DNA from: a virus
Lineage: Duplodnaviria > Caudoviricetes
Virus record (IMG/VR): IMGVR_UViG_3300020401_000020
Location: 1-59,063 of that record
Length of the DNA stretch: 59,063 nucleotides
Reading direction: 5' to 3' (one strand)
Below, piece after piece: positions 36,121 through 45,852 of the stretch. Both the position numbers and the translations under genes were made by a program. The stretch's first letter is position 1; every line of letters begins with the position of its first letter. A model generated the notes under the pieces. That model did not search any database. It worked only from the letters and a program-made list of their open reading frames with translations, and was not told the origin of the DNA.

Positions 36121-36878
36121 TGTTAAATCCAATAAAAATAGCGAAAGCCATAAAATGTATATTAACTGATTATGGAGAAAAATTAGACTTAAGACCTGAC
36201 GAAAAAGACAACAATGGAGAGCTTAGAATTAATTATCAATTAGTTTTGTACAGAGAATTAGGTCCTTTAGCACTGCCATTTATTATAAATCTTAGAAAAA
36301 GTAGAAAAGGTAGAGATGTTTTATGGGGTCGAGAAGCTAATAATGTTGACTATGTAGAAAACAAGGTTTTACCAAAATTAATGGACTTTGAATATTTAAA
36401 ATCTTTGCCTAAAAATACTATAGGATATGCTTACTATGAACAGGTAAAAGATGTAGGAATCGAAAAACTCTATAATCAAAGATTTAAAGAAGAAGAAATA
36501 CAAAATGATTTAACAGTACATGATGTTCGAAATAATGTTTCAAGGCATTTTTTACTAACTCATGACTTTCATCATGTTTTATTTGGCTATGATACTAAAG
36601 CATTAGGAGAAGCTATGATTCAAGTAGTTTTGAGCAAAGTATTTAAAAATAAAATCGGTAGTGTACTTGCATTTTTTGGCACAATAAAAGCTTGTAGAGA
36701 TGCAAATAGTTTAAAACCTTTTAAAGCATTTTTTGAGTGTAGAAGAAACTGTAAACATGTAGATGATAGTTTTGGGTTTATGTCACCTTTAGAGTATTTA
36801 GAACAAGACCTTGAATTATTTAGAGAAGAATTTTTAATTAAAAAGCCAGAAATATATAATGAAATTATTCAACAATAA
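36120..36878 (+). CDS. Coq4-family protein
   Basis: L.SLPKNTIG..Y and HDFHHVLFGY....GEA (HDxxH-x11-E metal motif). Confidence 0.75.
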   Translation: MLNPIKIAKAIKCILTDYGEKLDLRPDEKDNNGELRINYQLVLYRELGPLALPFIINLRKSRKGRDVLWGREANNVDYVENKVLPKLMDFEYLKSLPKNTIGYAYYEQVKDVGIEKLYNQRFKEEEIQNDLTVHDVRNNVSRHFLLTHDFHHVLFGYDTKALGEAMIQVVLSKVFKNKIGSVLAFFGTIKACRDANSLKPFKAFFECRRNCKHVDDSFGFMSPLEYLEQDLELFREEFLIKKPEIYNEIIQQ

Positions 36879-37101
36879 AACACTTTGGAACTTTCCTATA
36901 GCCAAAGCACAAATTCAAAAAGTAAAAGAAGTCTACAAAAACAAAGGTTTGCCAATGGCTATACTGTATGTAATTCTTATATTAATTGGTTTTAAAATTT
37001 TTGTTATAAACGGCATAATATTTATTTTGAATTTTTTATTTAATTTAAATATAGAGTATGCACCTTTCACTTATTATGTTCTTGGAATTGAGTTAATTTA
37101 A
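36859..37101 (+). CDS. Small membrane protein
   Basis: 80 aa with long hydrophobic stretch. Confidence 0.55.
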   Translation: MKLFNNKTLWNFPIAKAQIQKVKEVYKNKGLPMAILYVILILIGFKIFVINGIIFILNFLFNLNIEYAPFTYYVLGIELI

Positions 37102-37797
37102 ATGTTTGGTATAAGTGCATTTTCAGAAACTTCTTTTGCTGGTCTTGCTGGACCCGGTGCTAATGTTATTGTAAATCTTACAGGTCAAGCAGCTACTGGT
37201 GGAGTAGGAACGGTAGCTTTACCTGAAACAGTCACTATTACAGGGCAATCAAGCACAGGTGCAGTAGGAGCAACAACGCTTAGTGGACTTGCGAATATAG
37301 TACCTACAGGTCAACAAACTTCAGCTTTAATATCAGGTCTCGCAGTAGGTGGTAGTGTAATAGCTATTCTTCCTAGTTTATCAAGCACTGTAGGTGCTGT
37401 TAGTGTAAGTATAGACGGAGAAGCGAATGTATCCATACCGTTAGAGGATGAGGGAGAAGGACAAGTAGGTTCTCCAGTAATTCAAGCAAACTCAGATGTT
37501 GCACTTACAGGTCAAGCTGCAACAAGTGCGTTAGGGACAGCTACAACAGTAACCTTTAACACGATAGCTGTATCAGGATTTAGTGCAACTACGGCTGTAG
37601 GCGAATTTACTATTGCAGGTAAAGCTACTGTGGTACCTGATTCAGTATCAGCAACCACTGGCACCGGGGTTGTAAATATTTGGTCATTAGCTGATGATGC
37701 ACAAAATGCTAATTACAGTGGCGTAGACAGTTCTCAAACACCTAATTATTCAAATGTTAACGATAGCCAAACTCCTGATTGGCAAGATGTAGCATAG
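37102..37797 (+). CDS. Virion structural protein
   Basis: 231 aa, repeated TG..AT..VG motifs, C-terminal SQTP repeats. Confidence 0.75.
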   Translation: MFGISAFSETSFAGLAGPGANVIVNLTGQAATGGVGTVALPETVTITGQSSTGAVGATTLSGLANIVPTGQQTSALISGLAVGGSVIAILPSLSSTVGAVSVSIDGEANVSIPLEDEGEGQVGSPVIQANSDVALTGQAATSALGTATTVTFNTIAVSGFSATTAVGEFTIAGKATVVPDSVSATTGTGVVNIWSLADDAQNANYSGVDSSQTPNYSNVNDSQTPDWQDVA

Positions 37798-37813
37798 GAG
37801 ATATAATCAACAA

Positions 37814-38920
37814 ATGTCCACAGTATATACAAATGATTTAAGACTGAAAGAGATAGGTACCGGACTAGAATCCGGAACGTGGGGAACATCCACAAATACC
37901 AATTTAAGTCTGATAGCAGAAGCTTTTTCTTATCAAACAGAAGCTACTTTTAGTTCTGACGCAAATGTTACAGCCACTATAGCAGATGGTAGTACAGACA
38001 AATATCGAGCCATGTATGTCAAAGTTACATCTGGAGTTTCACTAACAGCTACAAGAACTTTAACAATAGGACCGAATACTTGTTCAAAAGCTATATTTAT
38101 TGAAAACGCAACATCAGGGGGACAAGCAATAACTGTCAAACAAGGCTCTGGAGCTACAGTTAATGTAACTAACGGTAAAGCTAAATTATTATTACTAGAA
38201 GGAACAGGTGCTTCTGCAGCAGTTATAGACGGTTTAGATAAAATAGAAATAGGTTCGAATGCAACTATAGGTGGAGTCACTCCTATAAGTGCAGATAGCA
38301 CAACTACATTTACTAATAAAACCTTTGATGCAAATGGCACAGGTAATAGCATATCTAATATAGAAAATGCAGATATAAGTGCATCTGCTGCTATTGCTTT
38401 TAGTAAGATGGCTAATCTAACTATCAACAGGGCTTTAATTTCAGATAGTAATGGAGATGTTGTAGTAAGTAATGTTTTAGCAGATGAGATTAATCACCTT
38501 GACGGAGTTAGCTCTAATATACAACAACAACTAAATGACAGAATCACTGCTGGTGGCTCTGCAACTTTTACCAACAAAAGTGGAAATATATCTCAATGGA
38601 CAAATAATTCTGGATATTTAACTTCTTCGACTCAAGTTAGTAATTCTTCGTATAGTAATAATACTACTAATGGAGGATATATTGAACTTGCAAACGGATT
38701 TCAAATATGTTGGTGCACTAAATCTCATACATATTATGGCAGCACTTGGACTTTTCCTAGAGCCTTTGATAACGCATTTACTGCAGGGTCTGTATCAGAT
38801 AACAGGTCCAGCAACGCAGGTGGAGGAACAGGTTTTATATATAATGCTAGTACATCAGGATTTACTTACACTTCGAGTGTATCGTCTGGAACTACTTATT
38901 TAATTGCGGTTGGTTACTAA
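37814..38920 (+). CDS. Second tail fibre protein
   Basis: GTWG..TN.N N-terminus; C-terminal GYIELANGFQICW...TFP.AF domain of tail fibres. Confidence 0.75.
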   Translation: MSTVYTNDLRLKEIGTGLESGTWGTSTNTNLSLIAEAFSYQTEATFSSDANVTATIADGSTDKYRAMYVKVTSGVSLTATRTLTIGPNTCSKAIFIENATSGGQAITVKQGSGATVNVTNGKAKLLLLEGTGASAAVIDGLDKIEIGSNATIGGVTPISADSTTTFTNKTFDANGTGNSISNIENADISASAAIAFSKMANLTINRALISDSNGDVVVSNVLADEINHLDGVSSNIQQQLNDRITAGGSATFTNKSGNISQWTNNSGYLTSSTQVSNSSYSNNTTNGGYIELANGFQICWCTKSHTYYGSTWTFPRAFDNAFTAGSVSDNRSSNAGGGTGFIYNASTSGFTYTSSVSSGTTYLIAVGY

Positions 38921-38921
38921 T

Positions 38922-39254
38922 ATGAATAGATACGCTCAGATAGATAAAAACAATATTATTAAAGGTTGGTATGATGATGGTCATTCTTCCATTCCCACAC
39001 CAAATATAAAAGTAACAGAAGAACAATATAAAAATGCTATAGAAAAAGAACACAATCATATAGCTAATGACGGCACTACTAGCAAAGTAGATGTTGAAAT
39101 AACAAAAGAACAAAAGATGTTAGTGGCTCAAAATTATTTATTTGAAACAGATTGGTATGTAATTAGACAAGCTGATTCAGGTAAAGAAATGCCTAGTGAT
39201 ATAAAAACAAAAAGAGCAGAAGCTCGAGAAACTATAAGTAACTTAGAGGAATAA
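38922..39254 (+). CDS. Putative tail-fibre assembly chaperone
   Basis: YL.ETDWY...R..AR motif, directly after fibre. Confidence 0.6.
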   Translation: MNRYAQIDKNNIIKGWYDDGHSSIPTPNIKVTEEQYKNAIEKEHNHIANDGTTSKVDVEITKEQKMLVAQNYLFETDWYVIRQADSGKEMPSDIKTKRAEARETISNLEE

Positions 39255-39389
39255 ATGGAAACTTTATTGTGGATAATATTCATAACAGTAATTAGTAAAG
39301 CACTACTAAAAGCTGTAGCTCCCTACAAAAATAAAGCTCTAGACGATAAACTCAAAGAGTATTGGCATAATTTAAGAGATTATTTTTAA
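39255..39389 (+). CDS. Small membrane peptide (44 aa)
   Basis: Manual: METLLWIIFITVISKALLKAVAP...; GAGG RBS. Confidence 0.55.
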   Translation: METLLWIIFITVISKALLKAVAPYKNKALDDKLKEYWHNLRDYF

Positions 39390-39598
39390 TGGCTAGAGCG
39401 ACTGTTGCAGAATTAGATAAACGATTAAGTGCTCACGAGGCTGCTTGTGAACAACGTTGGAAAGAAAATTACAGGCGTTTAGAAGCTATTGAAAACGGTA
39501 TTCTTTCTATAAACAAAACAATTAGAAACAGTCTAATATTTACGATTACAGTATTTCTAGGAATTACTGGATTTTTCATTCAACAAAACTTGTTTTAA
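39389..39598 (+). CDS. Coiled-coil plus TM protein (XhlA / holin-like)
   Basis: HEA.C..R motif, C-terminal TM helix. Confidence 0.6.
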   Translation: MARATVAELDKRLSAHEAACEQRWKENYRRLEAIENGILSINKTIRNSLIFTITVFLGITGFFIQQNLF

Positions 39599-39612
39599 TA
39601 TAAAATGCTTAA

Positions 39613-41478
39613 ATGGCTATTGTTAAATACGAATTCAAACCCGGAGTCAATAAAGACAATACTAACTACTCAAATGAATTTGGGTGGTTTGATTCTAATT
39701 TAGTCAGATTTAAAAAAGGTCTTCCAGAAAAAATTGGTGGCTGGGCAAAATATATTACAACAGCTTTTCTAGGTAAATGTAGAGCACTGCATCAGTGGGT
39801 TAATTTAAATGGTACTTCTATAATAGGACTTGGTACTACTTTTAAATACTACATAGCTCGAGGAAACGCTTTTGTAGATATAACACCTATAAGAAAGACC
39901 AATACCAACACAATTACTTTTGCTGCCAGTAATGGTTCTTCTACCATAACTGTCACGGATAGTGGTAATCATGACGCACAAGTAAACGATTTTGTTACTT
40001 TTAGTAGTGCAGTTAGTTTAGGTGGAAATATTACAGCAGACGTATTAAATCAAAACTATCAAATAGCTTCGATTACATCTACTACAGTATATACCATAAC
40101 CGCAAAAGACACTTCAGGTAATACAGTAACAGCAAACTCTTCTGACTCAGGAAACGGTGGCTCGGGTACTGATGGAGCATATGAAGTTAATGTAGGTCTA
40201 GACACTACTGTTACTGGAACTGGTTGGAGTACAGATGCTTGGGGGTCTGGTGCATGGGGGTCAAGTTCTCCTTTATCAGCTATTAACCAGTTAAGATTAT
40301 GGACACACGATAACTTTGGAGAAGATTTAATAATAAGCCCTAGAGCTGGAAGCATTTATTACTATGATGAAAGTAATACAGACCAAAGAGCTGTAGAACT
40401 AGCAGGAAAAGCAGGAGCAAACAAAGTACCTACTAAAGCACTTCAAGTTATAGTTTCAGAAAAAGACAGGCACTTAATTGTTTTAGGTGCGGACCCATTA
40501 GACACCACTGGGGCTAGAACAGGAATTATTGACCCAATGTTAGTAGCATTCTCTGACCAAGAAAATGCCTTAGAGTTTGAAGCGTTATCAACTAATACCG
40601 CAGGGTCATTAAGAATATCTTCGGGAGCTGTGATTATTGGTGGCATAAGAGCAAGAGAAGAAACTCTAATATTTACTGACAATGCTATGTTTTCCATGCA
40701 GTTTATCGGTCCACCGTTTACTTTCGGTGTAAATATGATTAACGAGGGTATTGGCTGTATTGGTCCAAAAGCTATGACTAACGTTGCGGGAGGAGTGTAT
40801 TGGATGGACTATACAGGATTTTACTTCTACAACGGTACGGTACAACCCATACAGTGCAGTGTGCAGGACTATGTTTTTGATGATTTTAACTCTGCTGAGC
40901 CGTACAAAACTTTTGCTTTTAGTAATCAAGAGTTTAATGAAGTAGGTTGGTTTTACTGTTCCGAAGGTAGTGCCGAGATAGATAGGTATGTTGTTTATAA
41001 CTATTTTGAAAGAGCATGGGTAGTAGGACAACTAGAAAGACACGCTTGGTTAGACGCTGGAATAAATCAAAAACCTTTAGCTACTGGTACAAATACCAGT
41101 AATTACTTATATGAACATGAAGTAGGAAATGATGATGATGGTTCTGCTATGACTAATGTGTTTATAGAAAGTAGTGATTTTGATATTGCAGATGGTGAAG
41201 AGTTTTCTTTTTTAAGAAGAATTATTCCTGACATAAAATTTACTGGTACTGCAGGTACTGGGCAGGGAGTTAATTATGTTTTAAAAAACAGAGACTTCAA
41301 TGCCAGTTCTTTGACAACATCTGAGACAAAAGCAGTTTTAGATAGCACAACAAAAATAGACGTAAGAGTTAGAGCAAGACAACTAGCATTTAGAATAGAA
41401 GGAGACGATTCAGCAACTGGTGTAGGTTGGCGATTAGGAGCAACACGTTTTGATTTAAATAAAAGTGGTAAAAGGTAA
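39613..41478 (+). CDS. Tail nozzle / DNA stabilisation protein (P22 gp10 / T7 gp12-like)
   Basis: 621 aa beta-propeller-like with VAFSD, GCIG and YNY...W motifs. Confidence 0.7.
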   Translation: MAIVKYEFKPGVNKDNTNYSNEFGWFDSNLVRFKKGLPEKIGGWAKYITTAFLGKCRALHQWVNLNGTSIIGLGTTFKYYIARGNAFVDITPIRKTNTNTITFAASNGSSTITVTDSGNHDAQVNDFVTFSSAVSLGGNITADVLNQNYQIASITSTTVYTITAKDTSGNTVTANSSDSGNGGSGTDGAYEVNVGLDTTVTGTGWSTDAWGSGAWGSSSPLSAINQLRLWTHDNFGEDLIISPRAGSIYYYDESNTDQRAVELAGKAGANKVPTKALQVIVSEKDRHLIVLGADPLDTTGARTGIIDPMLVAFSDQENALEFEALSTNTAGSLRISSGAVIIGGIRAREETLIFTDNAMFSMQFIGPPFTFGVNMINEGIGCIGPKAMTNVAGGVYWMDYTGFYFYNGTVQPIQCSVQDYVFDDFNSAEPYKTFAFSNQEFNEVGWFYCSEGSAEIDRYVVYNYFERAWVVGQLERHAWLDAGINQKPLATGTNTSNYLYEHEVGNDDDGSAMTNVFIESSDFDIADGEEFSFLRRIIPDIKFTGTAGTGQGVNYVLKNRDFNASSLTTSETKAVLDSTTKIDVRVRARQLAFRIEGDDSATGVGWRLGATRFDLNKSGKR

Positions 41479-41825
41479 TGTCTAAATTAATAGAAACCAG
41501 ATTACCTATCTGCGGAACTCCCGACGTAGCTCCTTCAGATTTTAATAGATTAGTAAGAGTCTTAGAAATAAATCTTAATAGATTTGACCCAGACGCTACT
41601 TTACAAATTTCAACAGTTACGCGTGATGAAGGTAATTTTGAAGAAGGCTCTATTATTTGGAATACAACCGAAGGTCAACTTCAAGCATATACAGGAAACG
41701 AATGGGTTGGTTTAACACCAGCATCTACTCCAACAAGAGAGTCTACAGGAGGACTACAAGCTACAAGTTCTTTAGGAGAAGTGACAGTAGGAACAAACGG
41801 AAACATAGTTTTTGTGGTAACATGA
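41478..41825 (+). CDS. Hypothetical tail protein
   Basis: 115 aa, GSIIWNTT..QLQ.Y.G..W motif. Confidence 0.7.
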   Translation: MSKLIETRLPICGTPDVAPSDFNRLVRVLEINLNRFDPDATLQISTVTRDEGNFEEGSIIWNTTEGQLQAYTGNEWVGLTPASTPTRESTGGLQATSSLGEVTVGTNGNIVFVVT

Positions 41826-42298
41826 GTTGGGATAATGACACAAAATTAAGTAAAAACTTTTCTTTAAGAGAGTTTACTAAAAGTCAAACAGCTGCCAGAC
41901 ATGGCATAGATAATTCTGTTTATGATGAAGAAACATTTAAAAATCTACAAAGCCTTTGCGAAGAAGTTGTGCAACCGGTTCGGGACTACTACAACGTTCC
42001 TTTTAGCCCTAATAGCGGTTTTCGCTCTCTCGCTCTTAACAGACTTCTTGGCTCTAAAGATACTAGTCAGCATGTACTAGGTCAGGCAGTAGACATAGAA
42101 GTACCTACTGTAAATAACTTTGAGTTGATGCAGTTTATTTCTAGTAATTTAAACTTTGACCAAGTAATATTAGAATTCTATAACGAAGATGACCCCAAGA
42201 GTGGTTGGGTGCATGTTAGTTATGATAGAGATAAAGACAACAACAGATACCGTGTACTAGCTTATGACGGCAAAAAGTATACGGTGCTACAAGAATAA
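41822..42298 (+). CDS. Peptidase M15 endolysin
   Basis: LSKNFSL.EF...SGFRS..LN...SQH..GQAVD...WVHVS; start moved to ATG 41822. Confidence 0.88.
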   Translation: MSWDNDTKLSKNFSLREFTKSQTAARHGIDNSVYDEETFKNLQSLCEEVVQPVRDYYNVPFSPNSGFRSLALNRLLGSKDTSQHVLGQAVDIEVPTVNNFELMQFISSNLNFDQVILEFYNEDDPKSGWVHVSYDRDKDNNRYRVLAYDGKKYTVLQE

Positions 42299-42726
42299 TG
42301 CCCGAACTAAACTTAGAAAACTATTCAGATTTAATTATAGGACTACTAACACTTTTGGTAGGTCTATCTATTAGAGATTGGGCAACATCTTTTGTAAAAG
42401 GAGCAAGATTTAGATTTGACCCTTCATTTGCAGAAGGCGACAAAGTTATTCTAGATGACCAACAAGCTATGATTATTAAAATAGGTCTAAACACTACTGT
42501 TTTTGGTGTCTATGGAGATGACGGCTACACATGGCGTTTTGTACCAAACGAGCGTATTGCTATGCTAAAATTAGAGAAGATTGTAGACCCAGAGCTACAC
42601 GCAGATACAAAACAAGAAAAGGCACAAAAAATTATTGATGCCATACAAAGTTCAGATATTTCTAGCAATAAGTTAGAAATAGATAAACTAAAAGGATATA
42701 CCAGCGTAAAAGATGAAAAGAAATAA
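42298..42726 (+). CDS. Membrane protein with MscS-like beta domain
   Basis: TM helix then F..GD.V......IIKIGL..T...VPN. Confidence 0.55.
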   Translation: MPELNLENYSDLIIGLLTLLVGLSIRDWATSFVKGARFRFDPSFAEGDKVILDDQQAMIIKIGLNTTVFGVYGDDGYTWRFVPNERIAMLKLEKIVDPELHADTKQEKAQKIIDAIQSSDISSNKLEIDKLKGYTSVKDEKK

Positions 42727-42802
42727 AAAATTAAAAAAACGTTTCCACAAAGGCTGCGGTGCTGTAGCTAGTGGTAAAAGAAAGAAGACTACTTATGCCT
42801 AG
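42713..42802 (+). CDS. Basic peptide (29 aa)
   Basis: Manual: MKRNKKLKKRFHKGCGAVASGKRKKTTYA; overlaps both neighbours. Confidence 0.5.
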   Translation: MKRNKKLKKRFHKGCGAVASGKRKKTTYA

Positions 42803-43082
42803 TAAAAGAAAAGGCAAAATGCCACCTAGAAACAAAAAGAACTACCGTTCTACAAAGTCTGGTGCGGGTATGACAAAAGCTGGAGTAAAAGCTTACAGAA
42901 GATTAAATCCCGGTTCTAAATTAAAAACGGCTGTTACAGGTAAAGTTAAAAAAGGTAGTAAAGCTGCTAAAAGAAGAAAGTCATATTGTGCACGTTCTGC
43001 TGGACAAATGAAAAAATTTCCAAAAGCAGCTAAAAATCCTAACTCTAGATTGCGACAAGCACGTAGAAGGTGGAAGTGTTAA
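42795..43082 (+). CDS. Highly basic protein
   Basis: K/R-rich; RRKSYCARS...NSRL..ARRRWKC. Confidence 0.75.
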   Translation: MPSKRKGKMPPRNKKNYRSTKSGAGMTKAGVKAYRRLNPGSKLKTAVTGKVKKGSKAAKRRKSYCARSAGQMKKFPKAAKNPNSRLRQARRRWKC

Positions 43083-43310
43083 ATGGCTAGAAAATTTAAG
43101 AAAGTCCCTAAAACTAAAGGAGGTGTACCTAAAAAGTATGTAAAAGGTGCAAAAAATCCTAAAGCTAGGGAGAAAGAAATAAAAAGAACTGCTAAACTAT
43201 ACAAACAAGGAAAGCTTACTCCAGCAATGATGGATAGGATTTCTAAACTTAGGAGCAAAAGTGGCAACAAAAAAACTAGGAAAAAGAAAACCACCCGCAA
43301 GAAAAAGTAG
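43083..43310 (+). CDS. Highly basic protein
   Basis: 75 aa, K/R-rich. Confidence 0.7.
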   Translation: MARKFKKVPKTKGGVPKKYVKGAKNPKAREKEIKRTAKLYKQGKLTPAMMDRISKLRSKSGNKKTRKKKTTRKKK

Positions 43311-43584
43311 TGCTGGTAGCGGTAAAGCCGCAACTATAGCTAAATACTCTAAATCAAGCGGAATATCAAAAAGCACTTTGAGTAAAGTGTACTCTCGTGG
43401 TTTGGGTGCATATTACTCAAGTGGGTCTAGACCTAACACTTCAGCACATGCTTGGGCTGCAGGACGCGTAAGAAGTTTTGCTACAGGCAAGGGCGGAGCT
43501 AGAAAAGCTGATAAAGATTTGTTAGGTGGTAAAAAGAAAACTAAGAAAAAAACTGCACCAACAAAAAGGCGTAGGAGGAAATAG
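43261..43584 (+). CDS. Highly basic protein
   Basis: 107 aa, L.KVY.RG..A...SGSRP....WA.GRV.SF. Confidence 0.7.
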   Translation: MATKKLGKRKPPARKSSAGSGKAATIAKYSKSSGISKSTLSKVYSRGLGAYYSSGSRPNTSAHAWAAGRVRSFATGKGGARKADKDLLGGKKKTKKKTAPTKRRRRK

Positions 43585-43585
43585 C

Positions 43586-43771
43586 ATGGGTAGAGGACTC
43601 TATTACAACATCAATAAAAAACGTAAAGAAGGTAGGAAAATGCGTAAGAAAGGAGCTAAAGGTGCACCTAAAGCTTCTGACTTTAAAAAAGCAGCCAAGA
43701 CTGCTAGAAAACCTATGAAGAAAACTGCCCCAACAAAAAGAAGACGTAGGAGGTCTTATGCCAAAAAGTAA
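43586..43771 (+). CDS. Highly basic protein
   Basis: MGRGLYYNINKKRK..., AGGAGG RBS. Confidence 0.7.
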   Translation: MGRGLYYNINKKRKEGRKMRKKGAKGAPKASDFKKAAKTARKPMKKTAPTKRRRRRSYAKK

Positions 43772-43892
43772 ATACTCAGCAAAACAAAAGAAGTTAGCTA
43801 GAGTCGCACCACCAAGAGATAAGATTACTGGTGCTGATTTTAAAAAACTTAGAAAAAAGAAAAAGAAACCTACTAAGAGGAAAAAGAAATGA
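43758..43892 (+). CDS. Basic peptide (44 aa)
   Basis: Manual: MPKSKYSAKQKKLARVAPPRDKITGADFKKLRKK...; AGGAGG RBS. Confidence 0.65.
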   Translation: MPKSKYSAKQKKLARVAPPRDKITGADFKKLRKKKKKPTKRKKK

Positions 43893-44035
43893 AAGTAGCA
43901 GCACCAAAAGGCTACCACTGGATGAAGTCTGGTAAGTCCTACAAACTTATGAAAGACCCCAAAGGTGGCTACAAAGCACATAAAGGTTCAAGTAAATCTG
44001 CAAACTTTGCAGTTCAGAAGGTACATAAAAAATGA
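43889..44035 (+). CDS. Basic peptide (48 aa)
   Basis: Manual: MKVAAPKGYHWMKSGKSYKLMKDP...; ATGA overlaps. Confidence 0.65.
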   Translation: MKVAAPKGYHWMKSGKSYKLMKDPKGGYKAHKGSSKSANFAVQKVHKK

Positions 44036-44454
44036 TAGATAAATTTTTTAAACCAATTAGCGATTTAATAGGCAAAGCCATACCTGATAAAAATAAACGT
44101 ATGGAACTTGAAGCTAGTATTAAGTCTCAAATGATTGACTTACAAAAAGCACAAGCAGACATAAATTTAGAACAGGCTAAACATCCCAGTCTTTTCGTTT
44201 CGGGAAGCCGCCCCGCAATCTTGTGGATTTGTGCATTGTCCCTTTTTTACCAATTCTTCTTAGCTCCTATGTTGAACTGGATAGTAGTTATATCAGGAAC
44301 ATCTATCCAACCACCAGTATTAAATACTGAAGGACTAATGACCTTAACACTTTCACTTTTAGGACTAGGTTCAATGCGTAGTTTTGAGAAATTCAAAGGC
44401 GTAGCTAGAAGTAATATGCGAGAAGAAAACGTAAAAGATTCTTTTAAACCATAG
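44032..44454 (+). CDS. Holin (3TM, GTA-holin-like)
   Basis: S.FVSG.RPAI.W.C...LLGLG.MRSFEK. Confidence 0.8.
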   Translation: MIDKFFKPISDLIGKAIPDKNKRMELEASIKSQMIDLQKAQADINLEQAKHPSLFVSGSRPAILWICALSLFYQFFLAPMLNWIVVISGTSIQPPVLNTEGLMTLTLSLLGLGSMRSFEKFKGVARSNMREENVKDSFKP

Positions 44455-44481
44455 CTTTAAAGGTTAAAATCGACAGATACA

Positions 44482-45852
44482 ATGAACAGAATAGACTATT
44501 CAAATTCAGGCTTAGCTGCTTTAGGTAGAAACGAAGATAGCTTTCTTGCCCACGTCGCTCCCGGCGAAATGGTCGTACCCCCTGTTATATCTGACAAAAC
44601 TAAAAGAAGAATAGATACAGAACTACGTTATGCTGGATTAGACCCACGTAACTATCATGTTGGCGAATACATGACAATCAATCCCATAACAGGTATGCCA
44701 GAGTTTGGGTTCTTAAGTAAAGTATTTAAGGGAGTAAAAAAAGTTGCAACAGCTCCTTTTAAAGTTACTAAAAAAATTGTAAAAAGTGATTTATTTAAAA
44801 AGTTAGCTCCGATTGCAGCTAACTTTATACCTATCCCCGGAGTAGGACCTCTTGCAGCTATGGCGATAAGAGGAGCCATTGGTGGTGTCGCAGGGGGCGG
44901 TGGCATAAAAGGGGGTCTGTTAGGTGCTGCTATGGCAGCAGCTGGTGGTGCAGCAGCTGGATTAAAACCCGGCATGGCTCCAGCGTTAGCAGCAGGGACA
45001 AAAATTACTCCCGCTAATTACTTTAAGGCAACTGCATTTGGTAGCAATCCATTTACAAAAATAAAAGATGCTTTTACTTCTATGAGAGGCGGAGGTCTTG
45101 GAGGCTTCATGGGTGGTATGAAAGATTTAAGAGCAGGGTTATCAGGACTAGGAATTGGTGGACAACAAGGAGGTCTGCCTTCTATGGTACAAGCAAGTAT
45201 GCCTTCTATGATGCAAACGTCTTATGGCGGTGGTAATCCTATGTTAATGCAAACTTCATTAGCAGATTTTAAAGTAAGAGAAATGAACAAACTTATAGAA
45301 CAAGGAATGGACCCTAACACAGCAGCTGCAATGGCAGACCAATTAACAGGAATGGACAGGTTTAATTATGGTATGGATAGATTTAAACAGTTTGGGCAAG
45401 GATTAGGTGGTATTTTAGATAGCGTGTATCAAGGCATACGTTTGAAAAATTTATTAAAACAAAGAAAGACAGATAAATCCCCTGCAGAATTAGTACCAAC
45501 TGGATTAAAAGGTTTTGATACCTATTCTAACGTTGGGGACTTTGGTATAGGCAACCTAAGTCCTATGTTAGTTGAAGGGGCAAAATATGTTAATCAAAGT
45601 CCTGATATGGCAGGAAAAGGCAACAAAGTAATAACCGCTGAATATGGCGGCATGGTAGATAAATACATGGGTGGTGGCATAATTGACCAATACCAGCATG
45701 GCGGCATTTATGATGAAGATGACGGACCGGGTGACATAGCACCTGCTATGCTAGAACCGGGTGAGTTTGTGCTTACTCGTGATGCAGTAAAAGGAGCAGG
45801 TGGACCTGAAGTTTTATATCCACTAATGGCACAACTAGAGAGTAGAGCATAA
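44482..45852 (+). CDS. DNA ejection / pilot-like internal virion protein
   Basis: D..LAHV.PGE.V...INP.TG.PEF; Gly/Ala hydrophobic segment; C-terminal D.I.AML.PGEFV. Confidence 0.7.
   Translation: MNRIDYSNSGLAALGRNEDSFLAHVAPGEMVVPPVISDKTKRRIDTELRYAGLDPRNYHVGEYMTINPITGMPEFGFLSKVFKGVKKVATAPFKVTKKIVKSDLFKKLAPIAANFIPIPGVGPLAAMAIRGAIGGVAGGGGIKGGLLGAAMAAAGGAAAGLKPGMAPALAAGTKITPANYFKATAFGSNPFTKIKDAFTSMRGGGLGGFMGGMKDLRAGLSGLGIGGQQGGLPSMVQASMPSMMQTSYGGGNPMLMQTSLADFKVREMNKLIEQGMDPNTAAAMADQLTGMDRFNYGMDRFKQFGQGLGGILDSVYQGIRLKNLLKQRKTDKSPAELVPTGLKGFDTYSNVGDFGIGNLSPMLVEGAKYVNQSPDMAGKGNKVITAEYGGMVDKYMGGGIIDQYQHGGIYDEDDGPGDIAPAMLEPGEFVLTRDAVKGAGGPEVLYPLMAQLESRA

Noticed and set aside
33101-39254. Diversity-generating retroelement or invertible tail-fibre switch
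   Set aside because: No reverse transcriptase, invertase, TR/VR pair or flanking inverted repeats seen.
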